Below are positions 18,710 to 29,164 of a stretch of 64,000 nt of DNA, piece after piece. Location of the stretch: IMG/VR virus record IMGVR_UViG_3300027708_002747, positions 1-64,000 of that record, one strand, 5' to 3'. The position numbers were made by a program, and so were the translations under genes. Each line of letters starts with the position of its first letter. Positions within the stretch are counted from its first letter, which is position 1. Below the pieces are notes generated by a model. That model saw only the letters and a program-made list of their open reading frames with translations, made no database searches and was not told where the DNA came from. The stretch comes from a virus.

Positions 18710-20014
18710 ATGTCAAATCAATTAGAAACTCTATTAGACGGTATTAAAGACTATTTATCTGAAAACAATCCAAAATATCTTTATAATCAAAAATTTGAAC
18801 CAGGTAAAAGTCAAGTTCTATATTCAGGACCTTATTGGGACCATCAAGAAGTATTAGCAGCGATTAACACCTTAATTTCAGGTAAATGGATAGTAACAGG
18901 TGAGAATGTTTACAAATTTGAAAACAAATTTTCAAAAATGTTTGGTGTCAAATTTTCACATATGGTAAACTCAGGTAGTTCGGCTAACTTAGTATTAATC
19001 ACTGCATTAAAAAAATATTTTGGGTGGAATGATGGTGATGAAATAATTGTATCACCTGTTGGTTTTCCAACGACAATTGCACCAATTGTTCAAAATAATA
19101 TGGTTCCTGTTTTTATTGATATTGAATGGGACACTTTGAATTTTGACTTATTAAAAATTGAGGAAAAAATTACTGAAAGAACTAAAGCAATATTTGTATC
19201 TCCTGTTCTTGGTAATCCTCCTGATATGGATTTTCTTAAATCTTTGTGTGAAAAACATAACATACAATTAATCGGAGATAGTTGTGATACTTTAGGTACT
19301 AAATGGGATGGAAAACCTATTTCAGATTATTATGTCGCTTGGTCTTCATCATTCTATCCTGCTCACCACATATCAACAGGTGAAGGTGGAATGTGTTGTA
19401 CAAACATTGCAGACCTTAAAAAATTATTTGTAAGTATTTCTTGGTGGGGTAGAGATTGTTACTGTGTTGGTTCAGCAAACTTATTATCTTGTGGAACATG
19501 TCAAAATAGATTTGGTAAATGGTTAGATTCTTATGATGGTATTATTGACCACAAATATGTGTTCACTAATATGGGTTATAATTTAAAACCTATGGATTTA
19601 CAAGGTTCAATTGGATTGGTTCAATTGACTAAATTTGAAGAGATTGACAGAAAAAGAAAAAACAGTAAAAATAGAATTGAATCAATTTTGGTAAAATATG
19701 TAGAGGGTCTAAAAAGTGTTGAATCTTTGGAAAAGTCAGATGTTTGTTGGTTTGGTACACCTTTTATTTGTGACAATAAAGAAATTAAAAATAAATTAGT
19801 TTCTTTTCTTGAAGAAAACAAAATTCAAACTAGAAATTATTTCGCAGGTAATATTTTGTTTCATCCAGGATATTCCCACTTAGATTCTATTGAGCGTTAC
19901 CCAAATTCTAATATGGTTTTAGATAAAGTGTTTTTTCTTGGAGCAGCACCTCATTATGATGAGGATGTATTTGAATACGTTGAGAATGTTTTTAAAGAAA
20001 AATGGGAGAACTAA
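18710..20014 (+). CDS. rfbH: RfbH/DdhC-like NDP-4-keto-6-deoxyhexose 3-dehydrase (DegT/DnrJ fold)
   Basis: NSGSSANL, FPTT, SFYPAHHISTGEGG (His in place of the aminotransferase Lys), GRDCYC...C..C Cys cluster, DHKY, GYNLKP. Confidence 0.8.
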   Translation: MSNQLETLLDGIKDYLSENNPKYLYNQKFEPGKSQVLYSGPYWDHQEVLAAINTLISGKWIVTGENVYKFENKFSKMFGVKFSHMVNSGSSANLVLITALKKYFGWNDGDEIIVSPVGFPTTIAPIVQNNMVPVFIDIEWDTLNFDLLKIEEKITERTKAIFVSPVLGNPPDMDFLKSLCEKHNIQLIGDSCDTLGTKWDGKPISDYYVAWSSSFYPAHHISTGEGGMCCTNIADLKKLFVSISWWGRDCYCVGSANLLSCGTCQNRFGKWLDSYDGIIDHKYVFTNMGYNLKPMDLQGSIGLVQLTKFEEIDRKRKNSKNRIESILVKYVEGLKSVESLEKSDVCWFGTPFICDNKEIKNKLVSFLEENKIQTRNYFAGNILFHPGYSHLDSIERYPNSNMVLDKVFFLGAAPHYDEDVFEYVENVFKEKWEN

Positions 20015-20688
20015 AAGTATTAATATTAGGTGACGGTTTATTAGGTTCTGAAATTGAAAAACAAACAGGATGGGACTACGTATCACGAAAAAAAGATGGA
20101 ATTGATGTATTAGATTTTAATACGTTAATCCCATATATGAATAATTTTAACACAATTTTAAATTGTATAGCATATACTAACACATATTCTGAAGATAAAA
20201 ATTCTAACTGGTTAATAAATTATAAATTTGTTGATGAATTAGTTGAATATTGTAATATTAATAATAAAAAAATTATTCATATATCAACCGATTACATTTA
20301 CTCCAACTCAATATCAAATGCTACAGAAGAGGATGTACCCGTACATATACCTACATGGTATGGATATACCAAACTTTTGTCTGACGCACATGTCCAACTA
20401 AAATCTAAAAATTTTTTAGTCTGTAGATTATCACATAAACCAAACCCATTCCCATATGATAAAGCGTGGTTAGATATTAAAACAAATTGTGACTACGTAG
20501 ATGTTATATCATCAATTGTAATTAAATTGATTTTAAATGGTTCTGAGGGGGTATATAATGTAGGTACTGAACCTAAATCAATATACGATTTAGCAAAAAA
20601 AACTTCTATGGTTGAGCCAATTTTAAAACCTTTAAATGTTCCATCAGATACTACAATGTGTTTACAAAAATTACAAAAAATACTATAA
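20002..20688 (+). CDS. RmlD-like NDP-4-keto-sugar reductase
   Basis: GDGLLG, HISTDYIY, YGYTK. Confidence 0.8.
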   Translation: MGELKVLILGDGLLGSEIEKQTGWDYVSRKKDGIDVLDFNTLIPYMNNFNTILNCIAYTNTYSEDKNSNWLINYKFVDELVEYCNINNKKIIHISTDYIYSNSISNATEEDVPVHIPTWYGYTKLLSDAHVQLKSKNFLVCRLSHKPNPFPYDKAWLDIKTNCDYVDVISSIVIKLILNGSEGVYNVGTEPKSIYDLAKKTSMVEPILKPLNVPSDTTMCLQKLQKIL

Positions 20689-20696
20689 TTCAAAAT

Positions 20697-21398
20697 ATGA
20701 AAAATTATTTCTTTTCAATATCAATACCAACGTATGAGTTCAAAGGTAAGGGAGTTAAGTATTTAACTAAAAATTTTGAGATATTTAAAGAACAAACTTT
20801 TAATAATTTTGAAATTGTAATATCTGATGATAGTAAAAATGACGATATTAAAAAATTATGTGATGAATGGTCAGATGTTTTAAACATTAAACATGTTTTT
20901 AACAAACCTCATAATTATAACTCACATTCCCCTAACATAAACAATGCAATATCACAATGTTCAGGTAAATGGATTAAAATTTTATTTCAAGATGATTTTT
21001 TATATGGAACAAAATCTTTAGAGTTACAACATAATTTCATTAATGAAAATGAAAATTTACATTGGTTTTTTACCAAATTTTATCATTCAGTTGATGGAAA
21101 CAATCTATACAATTTATATACGCCAAAATGGAACAATTCGGTGTGGTCAGGTAATAATACTTTAGGAGGTCCTAGTGGGTTAACTATTAAAAATAAAAAT
21201 ATTCCATTATTTGATGAAAATTTAATTTGGTTAATGGATTGTGATTTTTATCAAAAATTATTTATACGGTTTGGTGTACCCGGTATTTCAGATTCAATAA
21301 CTGTTGTAAATAGAACAGGATTTGACCAATTAACATCAACAATTGGTGAAGAAACAAAATTAAAAGATTTAAAAATTGTTAAAGAAAAATATGATTAA
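20697..21398 (+). CDS. GT2 glycosyltransferase
   Basis: SISIPTYE, EIVISDDS, LFQDDFL, FDE...MDCD. Start taken at MKNYFF. Confidence 0.8.
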   Translation: MKNYFFSISIPTYEFKGKGVKYLTKNFEIFKEQTFNNFEIVISDDSKNDDIKKLCDEWSDVLNIKHVFNKPHNYNSHSPNINNAISQCSGKWIKILFQDDFLYGTKSLELQHNFINENENLHWFFTKFYHSVDGNNLYNLYTPKWNNSVWSGNNTLGGPSGLTIKNKNIPLFDENLIWLMDCDFYQKLFIRFGVPGISDSITVVNRTGFDQLTSTIGEETKLKDLKIVKEKYD

Positions 21399-22050
21399 TT
21401 TAGAAAAAATAACATTAGTGGCACTTACAAGTGTAAGAATACCACAAACTATTCAAGCGTTAGAATACAGTTGTAGAGGGATAAAATTTGGGGATGTTAA
21501 ACTTGTATCAGATATCAAACCTGATAATTTACCATCCTATATTAAACATGAATATACCCCAAAAAGTTCTAATATTGATGAATGGAATTATAATATAATT
21601 TATAATTTACCAAAACATGTTGAAACTGACTATGCAATTTTAATTCATGATAATGGGTTTATAGTAAATCCTGAGTCTTGGAATGATGATTTTTTAAATT
21701 ATGATTATATTGGGGCACCATTTCCTCTTCCTACTGATGATATATCATATAGAGACATTTATGGTAATATTATTAGACAAGGAAATAGTGTCTCATTACG
21801 AAGTAAAAAATTATTGGATGTCGCAAATAATTTAAATTTAGAATGGAAGTCATTTTATGGTTATACAAATGAGGATGGGTTTATTTGTGCCCACTATAGA
21901 CATAAGTATATTGAGGAGGGCTGCATATTTGCGCATATTGATGTAGCTAAACACTTTTCCCACGAAAGCATGATACCTGAAATACAAGGAATTAAACCAT
22001 TCATGTTCCACAATTATAACGGAACTAACATGCAATACCCTAAATTTTAA
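21391..22050 (+). CDS. DUF5672-like putative glycosyltransferase
   Basis: FLNYDYIGAPF, SLRSKKLL, NEDGFIC. Start taken at MINLEK. Confidence 0.7.
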   Translation: MINLEKITLVALTSVRIPQTIQALEYSCRGIKFGDVKLVSDIKPDNLPSYIKHEYTPKSSNIDEWNYNIIYNLPKHVETDYAILIHDNGFIVNPESWNDDFLNYDYIGAPFPLPTDDISYRDIYGNIIRQGNSVSLRSKKLLDVANNLNLEWKSFYGYTNEDGFICAHYRHKYIEEGCIFAHIDVAKHFSHESMIPEIQGIKPFMFHNYNGTNMQYPKF

Positions 22051-22054
22051 AAAA

Positions 22055-22822
22055 ATGAAAAAAAAGATTGCATTAGTTACTTTAGCTCATAAAGATGAAT
22101 TATATATCCAAGAATGGATTAATTACAATCTTAAATTAGGGTTTGACGACATACATATTTTTCAGAATAATTGGAGGTGGGAAAACAATACTCTAAACGA
22201 AAATGTTTATCTTCATGAATATGACGGATTTTCATATATAAGTAATGAACCATTATGGGATAGAAATATACAGTCTAAATGTTTTACTCAATTTTGTAGA
22301 AATTATTATGAAAAATACGAATGGGTTGCGTTTTTTGACATTGATGAATTTTTAGTATTAAAAAAACATAAGAATATCCAAGATTTTATAAATGATTATA
22401 ATAATTGTAATTGTCTAATAATAAATTGGGCAATGTTTGGAGATAATGGATTAAGTACATTTGATAAATCTCACACAAGTCAACTTAAAAGATTCACTAA
22501 GAGAAAAAAAGAATTACACAATCAGTTTAAAAGTATTTGTAAATTAGGTCCATCTGTTGAACAACACGTTCATTGGTGTGGGGATTCATGGATGGATACT
22601 CATTTTAGACAAGGTAATGGTCCATTTAATTACTCTGCAAGTGATGAAATTGCTCAATTAAACCATTATTATATTAGAACTTATCCTGAATTTTTAATTA
22701 AAAGAGAAAGAGGGGGTGTTGATAATGTAAACGTGAAAAAACCAATAGACACGTTTAATGAAAACAATCATAATGAGATTGAGGATACGTTTGCAAGAGA
22801 TTTTTTATACTCAGAGGAATAA
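22055..22822 (+). CDS. GT2/GT92-like glycosyltransferase
   Basis: YIQEWI.Y...LGFD, WVAFFDIDEFL, LNHY. Confidence 0.8.
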   Translation: MKKKIALVTLAHKDELYIQEWINYNLKLGFDDIHIFQNNWRWENNTLNENVYLHEYDGFSYISNEPLWDRNIQSKCFTQFCRNYYEKYEWVAFFDIDEFLVLKKHKNIQDFINDYNNCNCLIINWAMFGDNGLSTFDKSHTSQLKRFTKRKKELHNQFKSICKLGPSVEQHVHWCGDSWMDTHFRQGNGPFNYSASDEIAQLNHYYIRTYPEFLIKRERGGVDNVNVKKPIDTFNENNHNEIEDTFARDFLYSEE

Positions 22823-23574
22823 TGGAAAAAAAAATATTATATGTTAACTGGGGAGGACTCGGAGACCATTTATCATTTACAACATTACCTGAAATTTTTA
22901 CAAATTTAGGATATGAATTTTACATAAGTGATAAATCATCATTTAGAAGTCAAGAAATTTATGATTTAGTATGGGGGACAAATCCACATGTAAAAGGTTT
23001 AACTTCAGAAATTCCAAATTGTGGTCACCTTGAAAACTGGGGTGTTTCTGACACAGTTGATTTTAATAAAGAATTTACAACTCATAAAAATATTGAATTA
23101 ATTTATGGGGTAAATAATGAAAGTAAATACGCTAAAATATATTATAACCCAAATAAGATAAATGAAGTTAATGATTTTATAGTTTTAGATTTAAATAGTG
23201 TGTCAGTTAAAGAATATGATAATGATAAAATAAAATTACATTTACTAACATATAAAAATGAGAAATTCTTAGTTATTCTAACAAATGACTATCCTAATTT
23301 AGTGGTTTCTGATGATTTTTTTTCAGATTTAAATGTTGAGTTTATCACCACTAAAGATATTTTCCATTATGTTGATTTAATTTTTTCATGTAAAAAATTT
23401 ATATGTGTTTGGTCAGGAAGTTCAATTTTATCATCATCAATAAAAAACTATTATAAAAATGATTTGGATATTGAATGTTTTAAAAAAACAGTTGATGATA
23501 AATGTCCTGAAGGGTGGGGAGTAACAAATAAATCATACTACTGGTATGATAACATAAAATATATAATGATTTAA
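22822..23574 (+). CDS. Putative GT-B glycosyltransferase
   Basis: GGLGDHL, W..NPHV and SG motifs resembling GT9-type folds. Confidence 0.5.
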   Translation: MEKKILYVNWGGLGDHLSFTTLPEIFTNLGYEFYISDKSSFRSQEIYDLVWGTNPHVKGLTSEIPNCGHLENWGVSDTVDFNKEFTTHKNIELIYGVNNESKYAKIYYNPNKINEVNDFIVLDLNSVSVKEYDNDKIKLHLLTYKNEKFLVILTNDYPNLVVSDDFFSDLNVEFITTKDIFHYVDLIFSCKKFICVWSGSSILSSSIKNYYKNDLDIECFKKTVDDKCPEGWGVTNKSYYWYDNIKYIMI

Positions 23575-23575
23575 A

Positions 23576-24199
23576 ATGATTGAAAATTACAAACTAACAC
23601 AAGATGGTGTTATTGAACAAATAATAAAAGAGGAATTTATTTATGACAAATCATATGGTGATAGATATGGTATGTTTAATCAAACCAGAAATATAGAAAA
23701 TCTTAGGTTGGGATATATAATTGGTTCTCTTGGTAAAGTACCAAATTCATTAATGGATGTCGGATATGGTAATGGGTATTTTTTAGATTCATGTAAAAAC
23801 TTAATTAAAAATTTGTATGGTAACGACATTGAGCCCGCTTATCCATTAAATGAAGGTATTGAGTTTGTCCCAAATATTTTAGAAAAAGAAGTTGAGGTTA
23901 TTACATTTTTTGATTGTTTAGAACATTTTCATGATATTGAATTTGTTAAAAATTTAAAATGTAAATATATTGTTATTAGTCTTCCTTGGTGCCATAATGG
24001 GTTAGATGATGAATGGTTTACTAATTGGAAACATAGAAAACCTAACGAACATATTTTTCACTTTGATGAAAAATCTCTTGAAACGTTTATGAAACGTCAA
24101 GGTTATATTATGTTAAATTATTGTAACTTAGAAGATAATATTAGAGTTGATAAAAATCTAACTCCTAACATTTTAACCGCAATTTTTAAAAAAATATAA
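23576..24199 (+). CDS. Class I SAM-dependent methyltransferase
   Basis: LMDVGYGNG, FFDCLEH, EHIFHF. Confidence 0.85.
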   Translation: MIENYKLTQDGVIEQIIKEEFIYDKSYGDRYGMFNQTRNIENLRLGYIIGSLGKVPNSLMDVGYGNGYFLDSCKNLIKNLYGNDIEPAYPLNEGIEFVPNILEKEVEVITFFDCLEHFHDIEFVKNLKCKYIVISLPWCHNGLDDEWFTNWKHRKPNEHIFHFDEKSLETFMKRQGYIMLNYCNLEDNIRVDKNLTPNILTAIFKKI

Positions 24200-24201
24200 T
24201 A

Positions 24202-25089
24202 ATGTATTTAAATTTATTTGGTTCAAGTGACAGATTAGGAGGTAATATTGGAGATATTGTTTCTCAAATATTATACTCAATTAAAAATAATCTTTATATA
24301 TTCTATAATAGAACTCATTTACGAGTATATAATTCATATAATCAATCGTACAATAATACAATTTTTTTAAAAACATTATTCGATATTGTTGATTTACATA
24401 ATAGTAAATTTATTTCAGAAGATTTTACTCAAGAAGTTGATTTAGCGGCGCCGACTCATTATACAGTTTGGTCTAAAACATTATTAAATTTAGAAACTGA
24501 TTTTTTTACTTATTTTAAACAAAATGTTTATTCCGATAAATTTAGAGAAAAATTTATGGAATATGGTAAATCAATGAATTATGATATTCCATTTGACCCT
24601 AAAAAAACAATTTTAGTTCATCTTAGACTTGAGGATGTTAAAGGTAGACCTGATTATGATGGTTCATTTTGTGCAAATCATTTTAAAAATCATATTGAGA
24701 ATGGATTTATCCCTGATGTTGGTTTTGATACTGAATTTAGAAGCAAATATCCTGACCACAATAGTCAATCACCATTACCACCTGAAAGAATTAAAAAAAT
24801 AATAGATGACGTTTTAAAATATAAACCAAATCATGAAGTCATTATTGTAACAAATCCTGGAGAATATGTGGATGAGTTACCTTATAGATACATTTCAAAT
24901 GATGACCCATGTTATGATTTATTTTTATTATGTAATTCTGAAACTTTAATATTATCAAGAAGTAATTTTGCGTTAAGTTCATTATTTTTTGGTATAGCCA
25001 ACAATGTATATCTTCCATTATGGGGACAAATGACTTGTTTTGGACTTTATACAAAATACGATAAAACAAATTTTAAATATTTTATATAA
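24202..25089 (+). CDS. Putative fucosyltransferase-like (GT11-related) protein
   Basis: DRLG, VHLRLED, DL..L..S..LILSRSNF. Confidence 0.55.
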   Translation: MYLNLFGSSDRLGGNIGDIVSQILYSIKNNLYIFYNRTHLRVYNSYNQSYNNTIFLKTLFDIVDLHNSKFISEDFTQEVDLAAPTHYTVWSKTLLNLETDFFTYFKQNVYSDKFREKFMEYGKSMNYDIPFDPKKTILVHLRLEDVKGRPDYDGSFCANHFKNHIENGFIPDVGFDTEFRSKYPDHNSQSPLPPERIKKIIDDVLKYKPNHEVIIVTNPGEYVDELPYRYISNDDPCYDLFLLCNSETLILSRSNFALSSLFFGIANNVYLPLWGQMTCFGLYTKYDKTNFKYFI

Positions 25090-25090
25090 T

Positions 25091-25798
25091 ATGAGTGACA
25101 AAATTATAACATCAGGCGCGTTTTTAGTAGTGACTGACTTTGGGTTTTTACCTGAAGATTTAAGTCAATCTTGGGTTGAGGAATATACCAATAATTATTT
25201 GATTTATGACAGGGCACATAGATTTGAAGAATCAGATAAAATTAAACATCAAGTAAATGTTGGTGCTAACATATATGATATATTTGATTTTATTGTTACA
25301 AACTATGAAAATTTACCTGAAATAATTATTTTTTGCAAAGGTAATGTAATTCCAAGACATTGTGGATTTGAAAAATTTAAAAACATTATTAATAATACTG
25401 AATTTACAACAATTGAAAATTACATTAGGGACCACCCTAGACATAGTCCTGGAATATATTCATTTGTTGATGAAACGGATGCTTACCATGAGAATCCTAA
25501 TGAGGTTAATTATACAGTTTCAAGAATACATAATTCTAAATATATTTTTAGTTATCCTGAAATGATACATAGTATATTTGAAAACCCAACGTTTGGTGAA
25601 TACATTAGATTTGCCCCTGGAGGAAACCATATTATACCAAAAAAAGACATTTTAAGATATAATAAACATTTTTATGAAACCATGAGAAATTATGTTTCTT
25701 GGCATGTTCAACCTGGTGAGGCGTATATTATAGAAAGAGCGATGTTTACTTTATTTAGTAATAATTTTACAATTAAAGAAGAATATAGAAATATTTAA
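25091..25798 (+). CDS. DUF3431-like protein
   Basis: NVG, FIVTNYENLPE, FAPG.N.I.PK, YIIER. Start taken at MSDKII. Confidence 0.65.
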   Translation: MSDKIITSGAFLVVTDFGFLPEDLSQSWVEEYTNNYLIYDRAHRFEESDKIKHQVNVGANIYDIFDFIVTNYENLPEIIIFCKGNVIPRHCGFEKFKNIINNTEFTTIENYIRDHPRHSPGIYSFVDETDAYHENPNEVNYTVSRIHNSKYIFSYPEMIHSIFENPTFGEYIRFAPGGNHIIPKKDILRYNKHFYETMRNYVSWHVQPGEAYIIERAMFTLFSNNFTIKEEYRNI

Positions 25799-25799
25799 A

Positions 25800-26711
25800 A
25801 TGATAACTACAAATTTAACAGGTAATTTTGGAAACCATATGTGGCAGTACTCTGTATGTAGAGCAGTTGCCGAAAAGTTAGGGTATGAATGGGGAATTAA
25901 TCCAGTACCAAGTTACGACTATCATAATGGAATGAATCAAATGTATTTTATGGATGTGGATTTTGGTAAAGAAGTTATTGGTAATTTCACCAACTTTCAT
26001 GAAAAATGGATTACTTACCAACACCACGACAATGTTAATATAACAATGTTTGACCCAAAGGTATATGAAATTACTGATAACACAAAATTAATTGGTGATA
26101 ACGGAGCGTTGGGTGGGATTTATCAGTGTGAGGATTATTTAATAGATAGAAAAAAAGATATATTGAATTGGTTTAAAATTAAAGAAGAATATGTACATAA
26201 ATTTGAAAATAAATTAAAGGAGTTGTCCATATTTCTTGACGATAATCTATGTGTTTTAAATTTTAGAGGTGGAGAATATCAAAACATCCCAAATGTAATA
26301 TTAAGAAGAGAGTATTGGAAAGATTCTATAAATAATATGTTATTGATTAATCCAAATATGAAATTTTTAGTGGTTACTGACGACCCAAATTGTTCAAGAA
26401 TGTATATGCCATTTGATATCCCAACAATACATGATGAAATTGGTTTTGATTTTTATTTAATTTATAAAGCAAAATGGTTAATTATTTCAAATTCAACATT
26501 TGGGTGGTGGCCGGCTTGGTTAAATCAAAATGTAAATAAAGTTATAGCCCCAAAGTATTGGTCAAGACATAATGTTAGTGATGGATATTGGGCAACTGGT
26601 GATGTTTATACACGAGGATTTACATATATGGATAGAGATGGGTTATTATTTGATTATGAAACTTGTAAATCACAAGCATTAGAATACTATAAATTAAAAA
26701 AAATAATATAA
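25800..26711 (+). CDS. GT11 fucosyltransferase-like
   Basis: GNFGNHMWQY, NFRGGEY, ISNSTFGWW, IAPKYW. Confidence 0.8.
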   Translation: MITTNLTGNFGNHMWQYSVCRAVAEKLGYEWGINPVPSYDYHNGMNQMYFMDVDFGKEVIGNFTNFHEKWITYQHHDNVNITMFDPKVYEITDNTKLIGDNGALGGIYQCEDYLIDRKKDILNWFKIKEEYVHKFENKLKELSIFLDDNLCVLNFRGGEYQNIPNVILRREYWKDSINNMLLINPNMKFLVVTDDPNCSRMYMPFDIPTIHDEIGFDFYLIYKAKWLIISNSTFGWWPAWLNQNVNKVIAPKYWSRHNVSDGYWATGDVYTRGFTYMDRDGLLFDYETCKSQALEYYKLKKII

Positions 26712-27577
26712 TGAAAAAAATATACGATTGTGTTTTGTTTTTTAATGAATTAGAAACATTAGAATTAAGACTAGAAATACTTAATGATATTGTAGATAAA
26801 TTTGTAATAGTTGAATCTACAGTTACTTTTTCAGGTAAAGAAAAAAAATTATTCTTTAATGAAAATAAAGAAAAATTTAAGAAATTTGAAGATAAAATAA
26901 TTCATGTGATTATTAATGATACTCCTGAAAATTTTGTTAATTTACCATATGTATTAAATCCAATAAATGACGTTGACAATATTAAAAATAGAATTTTAAA
27001 ATATGTTGAATTGTCTGAAGGGTGGGGAAGACATGAAAAACAATGGGGTAGAGAAACATATCAAAGAGAAGGAATATTTTATGGTATTAATAAATGTTCT
27101 GATGACGATATTATTTTAATTTCTGATTTGGACGAAATACCAAATCCGGTAGAAGTTGAAAATCTAAAAAATAATATAAGTAATGAAATTTTTAATTTTA
27201 AACAAACAACATATTATTACTATTTTAATTTATTAAAAGAATATAATTGGAGTGGTACTAAATGTTTATTATATGGTAATTTAAAAAATAAATCAATTAA
27301 TTTGATTAGACAAAATAAACATACAACAAATCATATTGAAAATGGTGGTTGGCATTTTAGTTTTATGGGTGGGGTTGAAAGAGTTAAAACAAAAATTGAT
27401 GCTTATTCACACCAAGAATTTAATAACCCACATATAATTTCAAGTATTGAAAATAATATTAATGGTGAAAATGACCCATTTTTTAGGGGTAAACTTTCAA
27501 AAGTAGAAATTGATTCAACTTACCCAAAATATATTTTAGATAATTTAAATAAATATTCATACATGATTAAACAATAA
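26711..27577 (+). CDS. GT17 (beta-1,4-GlcNAc-transferase III-like) glycosyltransferase
   Basis: FFNELETLELRL, VES..TFSG..K, E.YQR, SDLDEIP, GWHFSF. Confidence 0.9.
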   Translation: MKKIYDCVLFFNELETLELRLEILNDIVDKFVIVESTVTFSGKEKKLFFNENKEKFKKFEDKIIHVIINDTPENFVNLPYVLNPINDVDNIKNRILKYVELSEGWGRHEKQWGRETYQREGIFYGINKCSDDDIILISDLDEIPNPVEVENLKNNISNEIFNFKQTTYYYYFNLLKEYNWSGTKCLLYGNLKNKSINLIRQNKHTTNHIENGGWHFSFMGGVERVKTKIDAYSHQEFNNPHIISSIENNINGENDPFFRGKLSKVEIDSTYPKYILDNLNKYSYMIKQ

Positions 27578-27590
27578 AAATATTAATATT

Positions 27591-28184
27591 ATGACAAGAA
27601 CAGAAATAATTAATGGTCTAATTGAGAAAAATAACTATAAATCATATTTAGAAATTGGCGTTAACACTCCAGAACAACCTGGATATAATTGGGTTGGTGT
27701 TAAAATACCTATTAAACATGGTGTTGACCCTAATGTTGATACAACATATAAAATGACTTCAGACGAGTTTTTTGATAATTATATATCACAAAAATATGAT
27801 ATTATTTTTGTTGATGGTTTACATTTACACGAACAAGTTTATAGAGATATTGTCAATTCATTAAACAATCTTAACGAAAATGGTGTAATTGTCGTTCATG
27901 ATTGTAATCCAATTACAGAAATAACACAACGACGAGAACGAGCCAGTGACGCTTGGCATGGTGATGTATGGAAAGCCATTGTTCAGTTAAGGATAAAAAA
28001 TCCAAATATAGAAATTAATACGGTTAATACTGATGAAGGTTGTGGTATCATCAAAAAAGGTAAACAAAAACTTTTGAGTGTTAGTGAAAATGAAAATTAT
28101 TATGATTACGGTTTTTTAGAAAAAAATAGAGAAACCGCAATTAATTTGATTTCAATAGAAACATTTAAAGAAAAATATTTATAA
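27591..28184 (+). CDS. Class I SAM-dependent methyltransferase (Methyltransf_24-like)
   Basis: YLEIGV, GVDP, DIIFVDGLH, VHDC, W.GDVWK. Confidence 0.85.
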   Translation: MTRTEIINGLIEKNNYKSYLEIGVNTPEQPGYNWVGVKIPIKHGVDPNVDTTYKMTSDEFFDNYISQKYDIIFVDGLHLHEQVYRDIVNSLNNLNENGVIVVHDCNPITEITQRRERASDAWHGDVWKAIVQLRIKNPNIEINTVNTDEGCGIIKKGKQKLLSVSENENYYDYGFLEKNRETAINLISIETFKEKYL

Positions 28185-28189
28185 TAAAT

Positions 28190-29164
28190 ATGAAAAAATC
28201 ATTAATTACGGGAATTAATGGACAAGATGGGTCTTATTTATCAGAGTTTTTATTAGAAAAAGGATATGAAGTTCATGGGACATTAAAAAGAAACTCTGTT
28301 GCTGAAAATCAAACTGCAAGGTTAAATGAAGTTTATGATAAAATTAAATTACATTATGCGGATTTAACTGATATTTCATCATTAATTTCAGTTATTCAAA
28401 AAACACAACCTGATGAAATTTATAATTTAGCTGCACAATCACATGTTAGAATTTCATTTGACCAACCAATTTACACATCTAACGTCACAGGATTGGGAAC
28501 TTTAAATCTTCTTGAAGCGGTTAAATTAATTAAACCTGATACAAAAATTTACCAAGCGTCATCATCTGAAATGTTTGGTAATTCAATTGATTCTGACGGA
28601 TACCAAAGAGAAACAACACCGATGAATCCCGTGTCACCATATGGGTGTGCTAAAGTATTCAGTTATAACATTTGTCGTAACTACAGAAACTCATATGGTA
28701 TGTTCATATCGAATGGTATTTTATTCAACCATGAATCTCCAAGAAGAGGAACAAACTTTGTAACTAACAAAGTGTGTAAAGAAGCGGTTAAGATTAAATT
28801 AGGGATGTCTAATGGACTCAAATTGGGTAATCTTGATGCCACACGGGATTGGGGACATGCTAAGGATTATGTTAAAGCAATGTGGGAAATTCTACAATTA
28901 GAAAATCCTGATGATTTTGTTTGTTCAACGGGTATATCACATTCAGTTAGAGAACTATGTGATTATGTATTTTCATCATTAGGGTTAGATTATAAAGAAT
29001 ATGTAAATCAAGACGAAAAATTTTTAAGACCTGAAGAATTACACGATTTAAAAGGTGACTCATCTAAATTAATTAATACAACAGGATGGTCTCATGATTA
29101 CACATTTGAGACGATGTTAGATGAAATGATTGACTACTGGTTGGATTATTATACAATTAAATAA
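28190..29164 (+). CDS. gmd: GDP-mannose 4,6-dehydratase
   Basis: ITGINGQDGSYL, LAAQSHV, QASSSEMFG, SPYGCAK, FNHESPRRG..FV, RDWGHA. Confidence 0.95.
   Translation: MKKSLITGINGQDGSYLSEFLLEKGYEVHGTLKRNSVAENQTARLNEVYDKIKLHYADLTDISSLISVIQKTQPDEIYNLAAQSHVRISFDQPIYTSNVTGLGTLNLLEAVKLIKPDTKIYQASSSEMFGNSIDSDGYQRETTPMNPVSPYGCAKVFSYNICRNYRNSYGMFISNGILFNHESPRRGTNFVTNKVCKEAVKIKLGMSNGLKLGNLDATRDWGHAKDYVKAMWEILQLENPDDFVCSTGISHSVRELCDYVFSSLGLDYKEYVNQDEKFLRPEELHDLKGDSSKLINTTGWSHDYTFETMLDEMIDYWLDYYTIK

Noticed and set aside
28176-28182. TATTTAT upstream of gmd
   Set aside because: Overlaps the last codons and stop of the previous gene (Tyr-Leu-stop) and may be coincidental in AT-rich DNA; not counted.
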